Assembly: GCA_007695305.1 (NCBI GenBank)
Contig: REEA01000106.1
Span: forward strand, 1,058-65,057
Direction of reading: 5' to 3'
Length of the DNA: 64,000 nucleotides
Source: Bacteroidia bacterium
GTDB lineage: Bacteria > Bacteroidota > Bacteroidia > Bacteroidales > UBA7960
The position numbers and the translations under genes were made by a program. Shown here in pieces: positions 9,736-18,993 of the stretch. Numbering within the stretch: the stretch's first letter is position 1; each line of letters starts with the position of its first letter. A model generated the notes under the pieces. That model did not search any database. It had not been told where the DNA came from and worked only from the letters and a program-made list of their open reading frames with translations.

Positions 9736-11286
9736 TCATAACTTGATTTCATCATCAAGTTTATTGAAAAACCGGTATTCAAGAAAATGATAGGATGTGG
9801 AAGGATATACTTTGATCCACTTTTTATACTTAAAGAACCATTTCATTTGGGCAGAGAACAAACCCTTTGTCAAATACGCGTGTATAAAAGGATGAGCCCG
9901 AAGGCTGAGCGAAGGTTCCATTTGCTCCCTGATAAGATAACGCAGATTGCTTTCAATTTCATCTACCAGTATTACACTGGGCCGGATCTTACCAGATCCA
10001 CCACATGCAGGACATTTTTCAAGTGTCTCAACACTGGTTTCGGTGCGTACTCTCTGACGCGTGATTTGCACCAGTCCAAACTTGCTGGGCGGTAAAACAT
10101 TGTGCTTCGCCCGGTCTTTTTTCATCTCCTCCTTCATTTTTTCGTACAAGGTGCGCCTGTTACCCGCCTGTACCATATCAATGAAGTCAACTACGATGAT
10201 CCCGCCCATGTCGCGAAGCCTCAACTGCCTCGCTATTTCGGCGGCGGCCTCCATGTTTACATCCAAAGCATTATCTTCCTGACTGTTCTCGCTGCTGATG
10301 CGCTGCCCGCTATTGACATCTATCACATGTAAAGCTTCGGTATGTTCTATCACAAGGTAGGCACCGCTCTTGATAGAAACAACTTTCCCGAATGAGCCTT
10401 TGATCTGCTTTTCTATACCAAAATGGTCGAAAATAGGAACTTTGCCCCTATGCAGTTTCAGAATGTCAATCTTGTCCGGTGCAATTGTTTTAATGTAGTC
10501 TCTTAATTCATCAAAAACAGAAGGATCATTTACGTGAATACTGTTAAATGACTCATTCAACAGGTCGCGAAGCATGGCCGAAGATCTGTTGATCTCTCCC
10601 ATAATGATGCGTGGCGGCTTGGCATTAGCAAGCTTTTCAGCAATACTGTACCATTTCGCCACTAAATTATTTAGATCTGCATCCAGATCCGCAACCATTT
10701 TACCCTCGGCAATGGTTCGGATGATCACACCAAAATTCTTTGGTTTGATGCTTTGCACCAACCGCTTGAGCCGGCTTTTCTCATCAGCGTTTTGTATTTT
10801 TTGAGAAACAGATATACGGTCAGAAAAAGGAACCAGTACCAGATATCTGCCGGCCAGGGATAAATCGCTTGTAATGCGGGGTCCCTTCGTTGAAATGGGT
10901 TCTTTTGCAATCTGAACCAATACAGGCTGGTTTGTGTGAAGAACCTCGGTTATTTTTCCGGTCTTCTCTATCTCACTCTCCATGTGGAAATGCTCCATGG
11001 GCAAAACCTTCGTTTTCCCCGCCATGGCCAACTTGGTATATTTGTTCAGACTGTTTACCTGGCTTCCCAGGTCAAGATAGTGTAAAAAAGCATCCTTCTC
11101 ATATCCCACATCCACAAATGCAGCATTCAGCCCGGAAATAATCTTTTTGATCTTTCCGAGATAAATGTCTCCAACGGAGTAATTGTTGTTTTTTCGCTCC
11201 CGGTGTAATTCCACCAGCCGTTTATCCTCGAGCAAAGCCATTACAACCTCCGTTGTGCCCGAATCAATAATCAATTCTTTGTTCAC
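9736..11286 (-). CDS. rng: Rne/Rng family ribonuclease (RNase G-like)
   Basis: The 516-aa protein has an N-terminal S1-like region (GDIYLGKIKKI) and catalytic-core motifs (VIDVNSG, GGIIVVDFIDM). Its size fits RNase G rather than RNase E. Confidence 0.85.
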   Translation of the reverse strand: MNKELIIDSGTTEVVMALLEDKRLVELHRERKNNNYSVGDIYLGKIKKIISGLNAAFVDVGYEKDAFLHYLDLGSQVNSLNKYTKLAMAGKTKVLPMEHFHMESEIEKTGKITEVLHTNQPVLVQIAKEPISTKGPRITSDLSLAGRYLVLVPFSDRISVSQKIQNADEKSRLKRLVQSIKPKNFGVIIRTIAEGKMVADLDADLNNLVAKWYSIAEKLANAKPPRIIMGEINRSSAMLRDLLNESFNSIHVNDPSVFDELRDYIKTIAPDKIDILKLHRGKVPIFDHFGIEKQIKGSFGKVVSIKSGAYLVIEHTEALHVIDVNSGQRISSENSQEDNALDVNMEAAAEIARQLRLRDMGGIIVVDFIDMVQAGNRRTLYEKMKEEMKKDRAKHNVLPPSKFGLVQITRQRVRTETSVETLEKCPACGGSGKIRPSVILVDEIESNLRYLIREQMEPSLSLRAHPFIHAYLTKGLFSAQMKWFFKYKKWIKVYPSTSYHFLEYRFFNKLDDEIKL

Positions 11287-11374
11287 AATAGAGATGCTTT
11301 AAAGGTTCATTTGTCCATCATGGCTCATAGTACTTTATGAAAGGATTGTAGGACGAGAAATAATGTGTAAAAAT

Positions 11375-11411
11375 AAAATTACATAATACCCTGACGGTAC
11401 TATGTAATTTT
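11375..11411 (-). terminator. Putative intrinsic terminator after the small basic ORF
   Basis: An 11-bp AT-rich inverted repeat (aaaattacata / tatgtaatttt) is followed on the minus strand by AUUUUUA. The stem has low GC, so it is weak. Confidence 0.4.
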
Positions 11412-11452
11412 ATTACTAATAAACACAGGCACCATAAAGCCTTATAAAGGAA

Positions 11453-11542
11453 TTATTTCTTCTTGTGCCTGTTTTTGCGCAACCGTTTTTTGCGCTTATG
11501 GGTTGCCATCTTGTGTCTTTTTCTCTTTTTTCCGCTAGGCAT
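11453..11542 (-). CDS. 29-aa Lys/Arg-rich small protein, bS22 (AURKAIP1/COX24-like) candidate
   Basis: Hand translation of the minus strand gives MPSGKKRKRHKMATHKRKKRLRKNRHKKK*. It is too short for the ORF track. It lies between the HU and RNase G genes on the same strand and has its own downstream hairpin. Confidence 0.6.
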   Translation of the reverse strand: MPSGKKRKRHKMATHKRKKRLRKNRHKKK

Positions 11543-11605
11543 AATTGTTCTCCTAATGTTTATGTTTTCTTCTTCAGACAAAGGCCTGTTGCATCGTACC
11601 CTTCC

Positions 11606-11893
11606 TTAGGGCTTAACAGATGCCTTCACTTCATTAACGAACTCCTTGGCTGGCTTAAACGCAGGAATGCAGTGGGCCGGAATAATGATCGTGGTGTTTT
11701 TGGAAATATTCCTGCCGGTTTTCTCCGCCCTTTCCTTGATAATAAAGCTGCCAAAGCCCCTTAAATAAACATTTTCTCCTTTAACTAATGCATTCTTTAC
11801 AGTGCCCATGAAAGCTTCAACGGTTGCTTGTACAGCTACCTTCTCAATGCCGGTTTTGTTGGCAATCTCGGTTACGATTTCAGCTTTAGTCAT
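11606..11893 (-). CDS. hup: HU family DNA-binding protein
   Basis: The 95-aa protein carries the typical HU sequence (MTKAEIVTEIA...GENVYLRGFGSF...RNI). Confidence 0.9.
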   Translation of the reverse strand: MTKAEIVTEIANKTGIEKVAVQATVEAFMGTVKNALVKGENVYLRGFGSFIIKERAEKTGRNISKNTTIIIPAHCIPAFKPAKEFVNEVKASVKP

Positions 11894-12057
11894 AATTCTT
11901 TACTTTTTTGGTTATTAGGATTTTATGTGGTTTTTTCTTTCGAATTAAGGATGCAAAGATAAACTTTTTCTTTTATATCAGAAACAAATTAATTATTTTT
12001 ACATCAACCAATTACACAATTATTCTTTTCTTTGACAGTGTTCTCCAACAATCTTAT

Positions 12058-13131
12058 ATGAGCATTCCATACCTCCTCCTGAAATGGTATTCCGTTAATA
12101 AAAGATCGCTCCCCTGGCGTGAATCCCAAAACCCTTACCATATCTGGATATCGGAAATTATACTTCAACAAACCCGCATGGACCAAGGCATGGCCTATTA
12201 TCATCGCTTTGTTGATTCGTTTCCCGATGTGTTCTCCCTGGCGGCCGCTCCCGAAGAAAAAGTGCTGAGATTATGGCAGGGCCTGGGATATTATTCGCGG
12301 GCAAGAAACCTGCACCAGGCAGCCAATCAAATCATTATCAATCACAATGGAAAACTGCCAGATAACTATAAGGACTGGAAAAATATTAAAGGAGTAGGGC
12401 CGTATACCGCAGCAGCCATCGCCTCAATTTGTTTCAATGAACCCATCCCCGCATTGGATGGCAATGTAATGCGCATATTAACCCGGTTATTCGCAGTTGA
12501 CAAACCCTTAAACAAAACCGCCACAAAAAAAATGTTGTATGACCTCGCCATGGATATCATTCCCCGCGACAAACCGGGAGATTTTAACCAGGCTATGATG
12601 GACTTTGGCTCTATGGTTTGTAAACCTGTAAACCCTTTGTGTATGTCCTGTGTGCTAAACCATGCCTGTCACGCTTACCAGTCAGATAACGTGCACAAAT
12701 ATCCCCGGAAAGAACCAAAAAAACCGATCCGCGAACGTTATTTCCATTACTTTTTCTTTTTCTGCCTGGCCCGGGATAACGAAATACGCTTTTTTGTACA
12801 AAAAAGAACCGGTAACGACATTTGGAAAAATATGTATGAACTGCCGCTTCTCGAAACCGGAGAACCAATAAACAGCGAAAACCTGTTGAGCCACCCATGG
12901 TGGAAAACATGCAGAATTGACATCGCAAATTTGTTGCTTAGTCAGCATGTGGTGCAAATGCAGCACATGCTGACACATCAACGTATTTTTGCCTCTTTTT
13001 ACCGGATCAGGGTTGATGAAATCACTAAAAACTTATTGGAACAAAGATACCTGTATGTTAACATTCACGAATTTGATATGCTGGCAAAACCGGTACTCCT
13101 GGAGCGCTATATTAAGCAAGTGACCAGCTGA
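12058..13131 (+). CDS. mutY: A/G-specific adenine DNA glycosylase
   Basis: The LPWRE start region, an HhH-GPD fold and the 4Fe-4S cluster loop CKPVNPLCMSCVLNHAC are present. The ATG at 12058 is preferred over the upstream track start at 11908. Confidence 0.85.
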   Translation: MSIPYLLLKWYSVNKRSLPWRESQNPYHIWISEIILQQTRMDQGMAYYHRFVDSFPDVFSLAAAPEEKVLRLWQGLGYYSRARNLHQAANQIIINHNGKLPDNYKDWKNIKGVGPYTAAAIASICFNEPIPALDGNVMRILTRLFAVDKPLNKTATKKMLYDLAMDIIPRDKPGDFNQAMMDFGSMVCKPVNPLCMSCVLNHACHAYQSDNVHKYPRKEPKKPIRERYFHYFFFFCLARDNEIRFFVQKRTGNDIWKNMYELPLLETGEPINSENLLSHPWWKTCRIDIANLLLSQHVVQMQHMLTHQRIFASFYRIRVDEITKNLLEQRYLYVNIHEFDMLAKPVLLERYIKQVTS

Positions 13132-13322
13132 CAAGGTTTGCCTGAATTCATCCCCATATTTGCAATAACACACCGGATTGCGTAACTTTGATTTTTTTGG
13201 TAAAAACAGACCGCTTAAAACCCGCATTATGCATTTTGAAGAAAAATATTTTTATTATAACAAATAAATAATTAATTTAGCCTCGAAATAATAAATTTGT
13301 GTTAAATCTAAAAGAAACAACA

Positions 13323-13757
13323 ATGGCAGGAGTAAACAAAGTAATTCTTTTGGGTAACCTTGGCATAGACCCTGAAGTGATGACCCTGGAAAGTGGTGTA
13401 AAAATGGCCAGACTGAGGATCGCAACCAATGAATACTACAAGGGCAAGGACGGAGAAAACCTTGAAAAAACCGAATGGCATACTGTAGTATTATGGCGAA
13501 ATCGCGCCGAACTCGCCGAAAAATACCTTAGTAAAGGAAGGCAGGTGTACATTGAAGGTCGACTCAGAACCAGACAATGGCAGGATAAAGATGGTAACCA
13601 AAGGTATACCACAGAAATTGTGGGGGATGTGATCAACTTTATCGGAGGCCGATCGGATCAGGATCAGACCGGTAAACAAACCATCGCACAAACACCCCAA
13701 TCTGCACCCCCGGTGCCTGACACGCCGCCTGACGAAGATGATGACCTCCCATTCTAA
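13323..13757 (+). CDS. ssb: Single-stranded DNA-binding protein
   Basis: The protein has an OB-fold N-terminus (MAGVNKVILLGNLG), a Pro/Gln-rich linker and the acidic tail DDDLPF. Confidence 0.9.
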   Translation: MAGVNKVILLGNLGIDPEVMTLESGVKMARLRIATNEYYKGKDGENLEKTEWHTVVLWRNRAELAEKYLSKGRQVYIEGRLRTRQWQDKDGNQRYTTEIVGDVINFIGGRSDQDQTGKQTIAQTPQSAPPVPDTPPDEDDDLPF

Positions 13758-13961
13758 TGGGAGGTACCCAATTGGAATGTCTGAAAAAAGGACTGTCGCC
13801 TTAAAGATAGCCTGAATGACATCAGCATGAATGGCATCAATAAGTTTGACTCGACCCGTGGGTGACGATTTCTCACGCGGCCAATGACACACCAATTACC
13901 CGGTCTTTTGCATCATGCACAAGAAAAACCGGCTGTGAGTTTTCCGGACAGCGACTTTGGT

Positions 13962-14009
13962 ACATACAGGCAGGGACAAAGTTGTGCCAACCCTGCTTGT
14001 ATGTTTTTC
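13962..14009 (+). terminator. Strong plus-strand hairpin with a T-run, 204 nt downstream of ssb
   Basis: A 14-bp stem (acatacaggcaggg / ccctgcttgtatgt, one G-U pair) is followed by ttttt. The minus-strand reading has no U-tract. Confidence 0.55.
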
Positions 14010-14048
14010 CAAAACAAGACTGTAATCATAGCCGGTTTCCCGGATGCT

Positions 14049-15104
14049 CTATCTATAGCGTGAAAGAAATTCTGACAATAAATTATTGAATGCCAATTTG
14101 TCTTCTTCATGAAACACCACTTCTATGGGAAGATAATAAACAGGTATGTCTTCGAATATATTTAACAACGCTCTGTCACGTAAACGCATGGCATCCTTCT
14201 CCGTTGTTACAATAATCTTGCAATGACTGATGGCTTCTTTGTAATCCCTCTGCAACCTAAGCAGATTGCCCTCATTAAAGGCATGATGATCCGGATACCT
14301 GTGAACAACAAGTTCCTGACAAAGCGTTTTCAAATATTCCTCAAGGGATGTGGGGTTGGCAATACCTGTCAGTAAAAAAATGGTTTTGATCGAGAGGGGA
14401 GGGGCAACAGGTGTCTCAACTGTCAATGGAAGCATCTGTTTATAGTGCAGGCGGGAAAAGAACACATCCTTCGAATGGTAACGCCCGATTCTTTTTAAAA
14501 AATACCGGCGGTCCAAAGGAGAAAAAACCTTTGGGGTTTTGCTGACAATGATCGCATCTGCCCTTCCTGCACCCTTCTTAGACTCCCGCAAATTGCCCAC
14601 AGGCAACAAAAAACTCCTGAAAAACGGATTGTAATATCCGGTTAATAATAAATTTAAACCCGGCTTCACATACCTGTGCTGAAAAGCATCATCAAGCAAG
14701 ATTAAATCAATGTCCGGGAATTCATGCAAAAGAGCCCGGATTCCCCGGCGTCGGTTTTCATGCACGGCAACATGCACCTCCGGAAACTTTCGTTTTACCT
14801 GCAAGGGTTCATCACCCACATCCATTGTACCAGAATCTTGTCTTACAACAACGTAACCCCTTGTTTTTCTCTTATAACCACGGCTCAGAACACCAATGGT
14901 ATAACGGTCCTTAAGACAACCTGCAAGATACTCCACATGAGGCGTTTTACCCGTCCCCCCAACACTGAGATTCCCTACTGAAATGACCGGAATATGGAAA
15001 GACTCCGATGGCAATATACCATAATCAAAAAACAAATTGCGCACCCACACAATAAAACCGTATAAAATGGCAAAGGGTAATAAAATGATGCGTAGCCAAC
15101 TCAT
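14049..15104 (-). CDS. lpxK: Tetraacyldisaccharide 4'-kinase
   Basis: The 351-aa protein has an N-terminal membrane helix and the LpxK P-loop GNLSVGGTGKTP. Confidence 0.85.
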   Translation of the reverse strand: MSWLRIILLPFAILYGFIVWVRNLFFDYGILPSESFHIPVISVGNLSVGGTGKTPHVEYLAGCLKDRYTIGVLSRGYKRKTRGYVVVRQDSGTMDVGDEPLQVKRKFPEVHVAVHENRRRGIRALLHEFPDIDLILLDDAFQHRYVKPGLNLLLTGYYNPFFRSFLLPVGNLRESKKGAGRADAIIVSKTPKVFSPLDRRYFLKRIGRYHSKDVFFSRLHYKQMLPLTVETPVAPPLSIKTIFLLTGIANPTSLEEYLKTLCQELVVHRYPDHHAFNEGNLLRLQRDYKEAISHCKIIVTTEKDAMRLRDRALLNIFEDIPVYYLPIEVVFHEEDKLAFNNLLSEFLSRYR

Positions 15105-15420
15105 ACCCCAAAGGTAAAAAATTAAATCTGTTTGTTATCCATTGGGAAGCCCCTGGTCAGTACCTTTATGATAGTTTGCAGCATGGAATTAACATTATGA
15201 CTTACCTGTCTGGCCAACCATGCATTATATTGTTGTGTCAATGCTATGGCCTGAATGTGAGAATTGGGAATTATGATGTAATTTTGAAAAACATTTGAAG
15301 TCAAATATCGATAAATCGTTGAGATGTATTGGTTTTACCAAAACCACGCATATATATGAACTGGTATGATTATCTTCAACAAAAAGTCTATGATCGTTGC
15401 ACACCAAAAAAACATCTGAT

Positions 15421-16515
15421 ATGTTACTACAGGATTTTATTAAAGCGCTTGACTATGAAGCTCCATTTACTCTGCAGGAAGATTATGATAATTCAGGAAT
15501 ACAAATTGGAAACCCCTTACAGGAAGTGTCGAAAGCCCTCGTTTGTCTCGATGTTACCATGGAGGTAGTTAAAGAAGCCCAAAAAAAAGAATGTGATCTT
15601 ATTTTGTCGCATCATCCGCTGATTTTTCAAGGGCTGAAACGCCTTTCCGGGGATACTCCTGCTGAAGCAGTTGTGATTGAAGCCATTCGCAGCAATATTG
15701 CTGTAGTGGCCATCCACACCAATCTCGACAAAGTATTCAACGGGGTAAATCATGCTCTTGGGCTTGCACTCGGACTAAAAAACCTACGGATTTTACAATC
15801 GGAAACAGGCCTGTTGCGCAAGTTGGCCACATTTGTTCCCTTGTCGCATGCCGGGAAAGTGCGTGCTGCGGTTTTTGCTGCGGGTGCAGGTCATATAGGT
15901 GATTATGATTGCTGCAGCTTCAACCTGGAAGGCAGGGGCTCTTTTCGTGCCGGCGATAATACCAACCCATTTGTTGGAAACACAAATGAGTTGCATTATG
16001 AAGAAGAGGTGCGCATAGAAACAATATTTCCCGTTTATAAACAATCAGAAATAATTGCAGCGTTGCTGAAAACCCACCCTTACGAAGAGGTAGCTTATGA
16101 TATTTACCCGCTGGATAACCGGCTTAATAAAGTTGGTTCAGGAATGATTGGTGAGTTAGCTGAACCTGTTTCTGCAGTGGGCTTTCTGGACATGGTGAAA
16201 CAAGCCCTGAAAGCACCCATGGTCAAACATACGGTTCCCCACCGGCGAAACATTCAACGCGTCGCTCTTTGTGGTGGTTCCGGTGCGTTTTTAATCAGTA
16301 CCGCCATACATTCCGGTGCAGATGCTTATGTTACCGGCGATGTCAAATATCATCAGTTTTTTGATGCAACAAACAAGATATTGCTCGTAGATGCCGGACA
16401 CTATGAAACAGAGCAGTTTACAACATACCTCATACATGATATTATTAAGAAAAAAATAGTTAACTTTGCCGTCCTGATTTCTGAAGCAAAAACAAACCCG
16501 GTGCACTATCGGTAA
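15421..16515 (+). CDS. Nif3-like dinuclear metal center protein (GTP cyclohydrolase 1 type 2 homolog family)
   Basis: The ~364-aa protein has Nif3/YqfO-type motifs (DNSGIQIG, SHHPLIF, the HTNLD region, GHYETE). An alternative TTG start lies at 15397. Confidence 0.8.
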   Translation: MLLQDFIKALDYEAPFTLQEDYDNSGIQIGNPLQEVSKALVCLDVTMEVVKEAQKKECDLILSHHPLIFQGLKRLSGDTPAEAVVIEAIRSNIAVVAIHTNLDKVFNGVNHALGLALGLKNLRILQSETGLLRKLATFVPLSHAGKVRAAVFAAGAGHIGDYDCCSFNLEGRGSFRAGDNTNPFVGNTNELHYEEEVRIETIFPVYKQSEIIAALLKTHPYEEVAYDIYPLDNRLNKVGSGMIGELAEPVSAVGFLDMVKQALKAPMVKHTVPHRRNIQRVALCGGSGAFLISTAIHSGADAYVTGDVKYHQFFDATNKILLVDAGHYETEQFTTYLIHDIIKKKIVNFAVLISEAKTNPVHYR

Positions 16516-16552
16516 AATACAGACAATCAAAAACCTAACACATCTTTTTCAC

Positions 16553-17413
16553 ATGGCTAAAAAAAAACCAAATACAAAGTCTGCAAAGGAACCTGAAAAA
16601 ATGATCAACCCCAGTACGGGCACTGAAGGATCTCCGGTGAGTATCCCGGAAACCGCTACAGAAGAGAGCATAGAGAAAACAGTGAAAAACAAACTTGTTG
16701 CTCTGTACCGACTGCAAACAATAGATTTTAGCATTGACAAACTCCGCAGTGTCAGAGGCGAACTTCCGCTGGAGGTGCAAGATCTGGAAGATGAGATCGC
16801 AGGCCTTGAGACAAGGGTTGAAAAGTTTAATAACGAAATCAAGGAACTCCAGACAGATATTTCAAACAAGAAAATTTCGGCCCAGGAAAGCCTTGAACTA
16901 ATCAAAAAATACGAAGCTCAGCAAATGAATGTTCGCAATAACCGCGAATACGACTCTCTTTCCAAAGAAATAGAGTATCAAACACTTGAAGCTCAGCTGG
17001 CAGAAAAGAAAATGAAGGAATTTGCCATTGAGGTTGAAGGGAAAAATGAGCTGGTTAAACAAGTTGAAGAAGAGCTTGCTGAGAGAAAACAGGATCTGGA
17101 TGCAAAAAAGGCAGAGCTTAGTGATATCGTTGCAGAAACGGAAAAAGACGAAACTGTTTTGCTTGAGAAATCCGAAGAACAGCGCGCTGCCCTTGAAACC
17201 CGTTTGCTCAATGCTTACCAAAGAATCCGTGACAATGCAAAAAATGGCCTTGCCGTTGTTGCCGTTGAAAGAGATGCATGCGGTGGTTGCTTTAACAAAA
17301 TACCCCCGCAGCGTCACCTTGATATTCGATTACACAAGAAAATTATTGTATGCGAATATTGCGGTCGTATTCTGGTGGATGATGAAATCGTAAAAATGGT
17401 TGAGCAGGATTGA
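16553..17413 (+). CDS. Coiled-coil protein with a C-terminal C4 zinc ribbon (COG1579-type)
   Basis: A long coiled-coil is followed by CGGC...x...CEYCGRIL. It sits immediately downstream of Nif3, a widely conserved gene pair. Confidence 0.7.
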   Translation: MAKKKPNTKSAKEPEKMINPSTGTEGSPVSIPETATEESIEKTVKNKLVALYRLQTIDFSIDKLRSVRGELPLEVQDLEDEIAGLETRVEKFNNEIKELQTDISNKKISAQESLELIKKYEAQQMNVRNNREYDSLSKEIEYQTLEAQLAEKKMKEFAIEVEGKNELVKQVEEELAERKQDLDAKKAELSDIVAETEKDETVLLEKSEEQRAALETRLLNAYQRIRDNAKNGLAVVAVERDACGGCFNKIPPQRHLDIRLHKKIIVCEYCGRILVDDEIVKMVEQD

Positions 17414-17427
17414 TCTGCATAATTGAT

Positions 17428-18876
17428 CTAAAACCTCCAACCAATCGAGACTCTGAATGTGCTGGACGAAAAATCTCTTTCTGCCATTGGCAGAGGCCCA
17501 TCGGTGTCCAGAAAATACAAATAATAATCTTCTGAATAAAAGGTGTAGTTATAGGCAAAATCCAGGAAGTAGTTGCTTTCCCTGATCCCGAATCCTGCTG
17601 AGATAACGGATCGTGCCGCATCATTGACCCCTGATTTGTAAGGATTTGAATAATAACCGTAACCACCTCGCAAAATAACAGGCGAAATTCGCACTTCACC
17701 ACCAACACGTATGTTGTGTTGCTGATTAAATGATTCCCTGATGATCCGGTTTTCTTCGGAGAAAGAATAATTTGTGCTACGTAAACGAGCAGTGGTATAA
17801 TCGGTATATTCATAATCAATGTTGACCAGGCCATTTTTTCCAAACACCAAACCCAGGCTGCCAATTGCCCTGAGGGGTGTATTCAGTTCGTAGTCAAACC
17901 TGCCTTCGGGGGAGCTGGCCACCCTTGAATCATAGTCAAGATTCAGGTCTGAACGCATGGTCGCATTGTATCTGTCTTTCAAATCATAAAATGTGGGTGA
18001 GTGGAACGCCCCGCCAACACGGATAATATCGGTAATTCTGACAATGGCTCCAAGCTTGAAATTATAGCCACTCCCGGAGGTTTTTAACCGGTTCGTGAAA
18101 CTCATTGAATTAAATACCTCATTGAGCCCCTGTGTGTCCTTTTCTTCAAAGGTACTCCTTTCTTCAAAAGAAACAGATGGAAATCCGACTGTTGCCCCAA
18201 GGTAAAGCCGGTCATTATAGTTCGCGCCCATTGAAAGTACGAACTCCCTTATGGATCCTGATGTGCTGCTTTCATGGTACTGATCAACATTATCAAGCAT
18301 ATCCGCAAAAAAGCCTTGTTCATCTTCGCCCAGCAACCATGTTTCCCATGCAAGTTTGGTGGAGAAGGGGTCAAGATTATTGACTTGCCCCTCCATGTTG
18401 GCTTGTTGAACAAGGCTGGCCATTTTAGAGCTGTGTGCATTGAAACCACGGGCGATCCAACGATCATTAAAATTGTTGTGACGATTGATCCCCAGTCCCA
18501 CGTTTACAAATTGCCATCCTCCTTCTTCAATCTGGCTTCCAACCGGAAATGAAAAGACCACTCCAAAGTTGTTGAAGTTAAAGTTATATTTCATATCATC
18601 TTCAAAGTTGCTGAAATAACGGCTTTCCACTTTGCTGTAACTCAGGGATGGAGTAATGCTGATTTCGGAGCTTCGGTATATACCAATGCCGGCCGGATTT
18701 ACACTCAAGGTGGAAAAGTCTCCCCCCAGGGCACCAAAGCTGCCACCCATTGCCATAAAACGGGCGGTGCCACCATACAGTGTTTGTGAATAGCGGAGTG
18801 CATCCATCTCATTTTGCGCAAATGCACCGGAAAAACCAATAAGAGAGATCATTAATGTCAAAAAATACTTTTTCAT
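17428..18876 (-). CDS. FadL/TodX-like outer-membrane beta-barrel protein
   Basis: The signal peptide MKKYFLTLMISLIGFSGAFAQ is followed by an N-terminal GTARFMAMGGSFGALGGD...NPAG motif typical of FadL-like channels. Alternating beta-strand patterns and a C-terminal Phe are present. The ATG at 18876 is preferred. Confidence 0.6.
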   Translation of the reverse strand: MKKYFLTLMISLIGFSGAFAQNEMDALRYSQTLYGGTARFMAMGGSFGALGGDFSTLSVNPAGIGIYRSSEISITPSLSYSKVESRYFSNFEDDMKYNFNFNNFGVVFSFPVGSQIEEGGWQFVNVGLGINRHNNFNDRWIARGFNAHSSKMASLVQQANMEGQVNNLDPFSTKLAWETWLLGEDEQGFFADMLDNVDQYHESSTSGSIREFVLSMGANYNDRLYLGATVGFPSVSFEERSTFEEKDTQGLNEVFNSMSFTNRLKTSGSGYNFKLGAIVRITDIIRVGGAFHSPTFYDLKDRYNATMRSDLNLDYDSRVASSPEGRFDYELNTPLRAIGSLGLVFGKNGLVNIDYEYTDYTTARLRSTNYSFSEENRIIRESFNQQHNIRVGGEVRISPVILRGGYGYYSNPYKSGVNDAARSVISAGFGIRESNYFLDFAYNYTFYSEDYYLYFLDTDGPLPMAERDFSSSTFRVSIGWRF

Positions 18877-18993
18877 GGCGATAATATTATCTTGGGATGA
18901 TTCTAAAAAACCTCCCGGCGAAAACCGGTGTGTAAAAACTAGTTTGCCGGGAGGTGATAAATATATATGGGAGGATTTAGTCACTACCACAGT

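Noticed and set aside
11465-11764. A 99-aa plus-strand ORF
   Set aside because: It overlaps the bS22-like ORF and the 3' end of the HU gene on the opposite strand. It has no motifs, and the HU and small-ORF reading frames are far better supported.
13862-14110. ORFs 13862-14089 (plus, 75 aa) and 13913-14110 (minus, 65 aa)
   Set aside because: Both run through the 14-bp terminator hairpin and into the lpxK 3' end. They have no motifs and are treated as noncoding.
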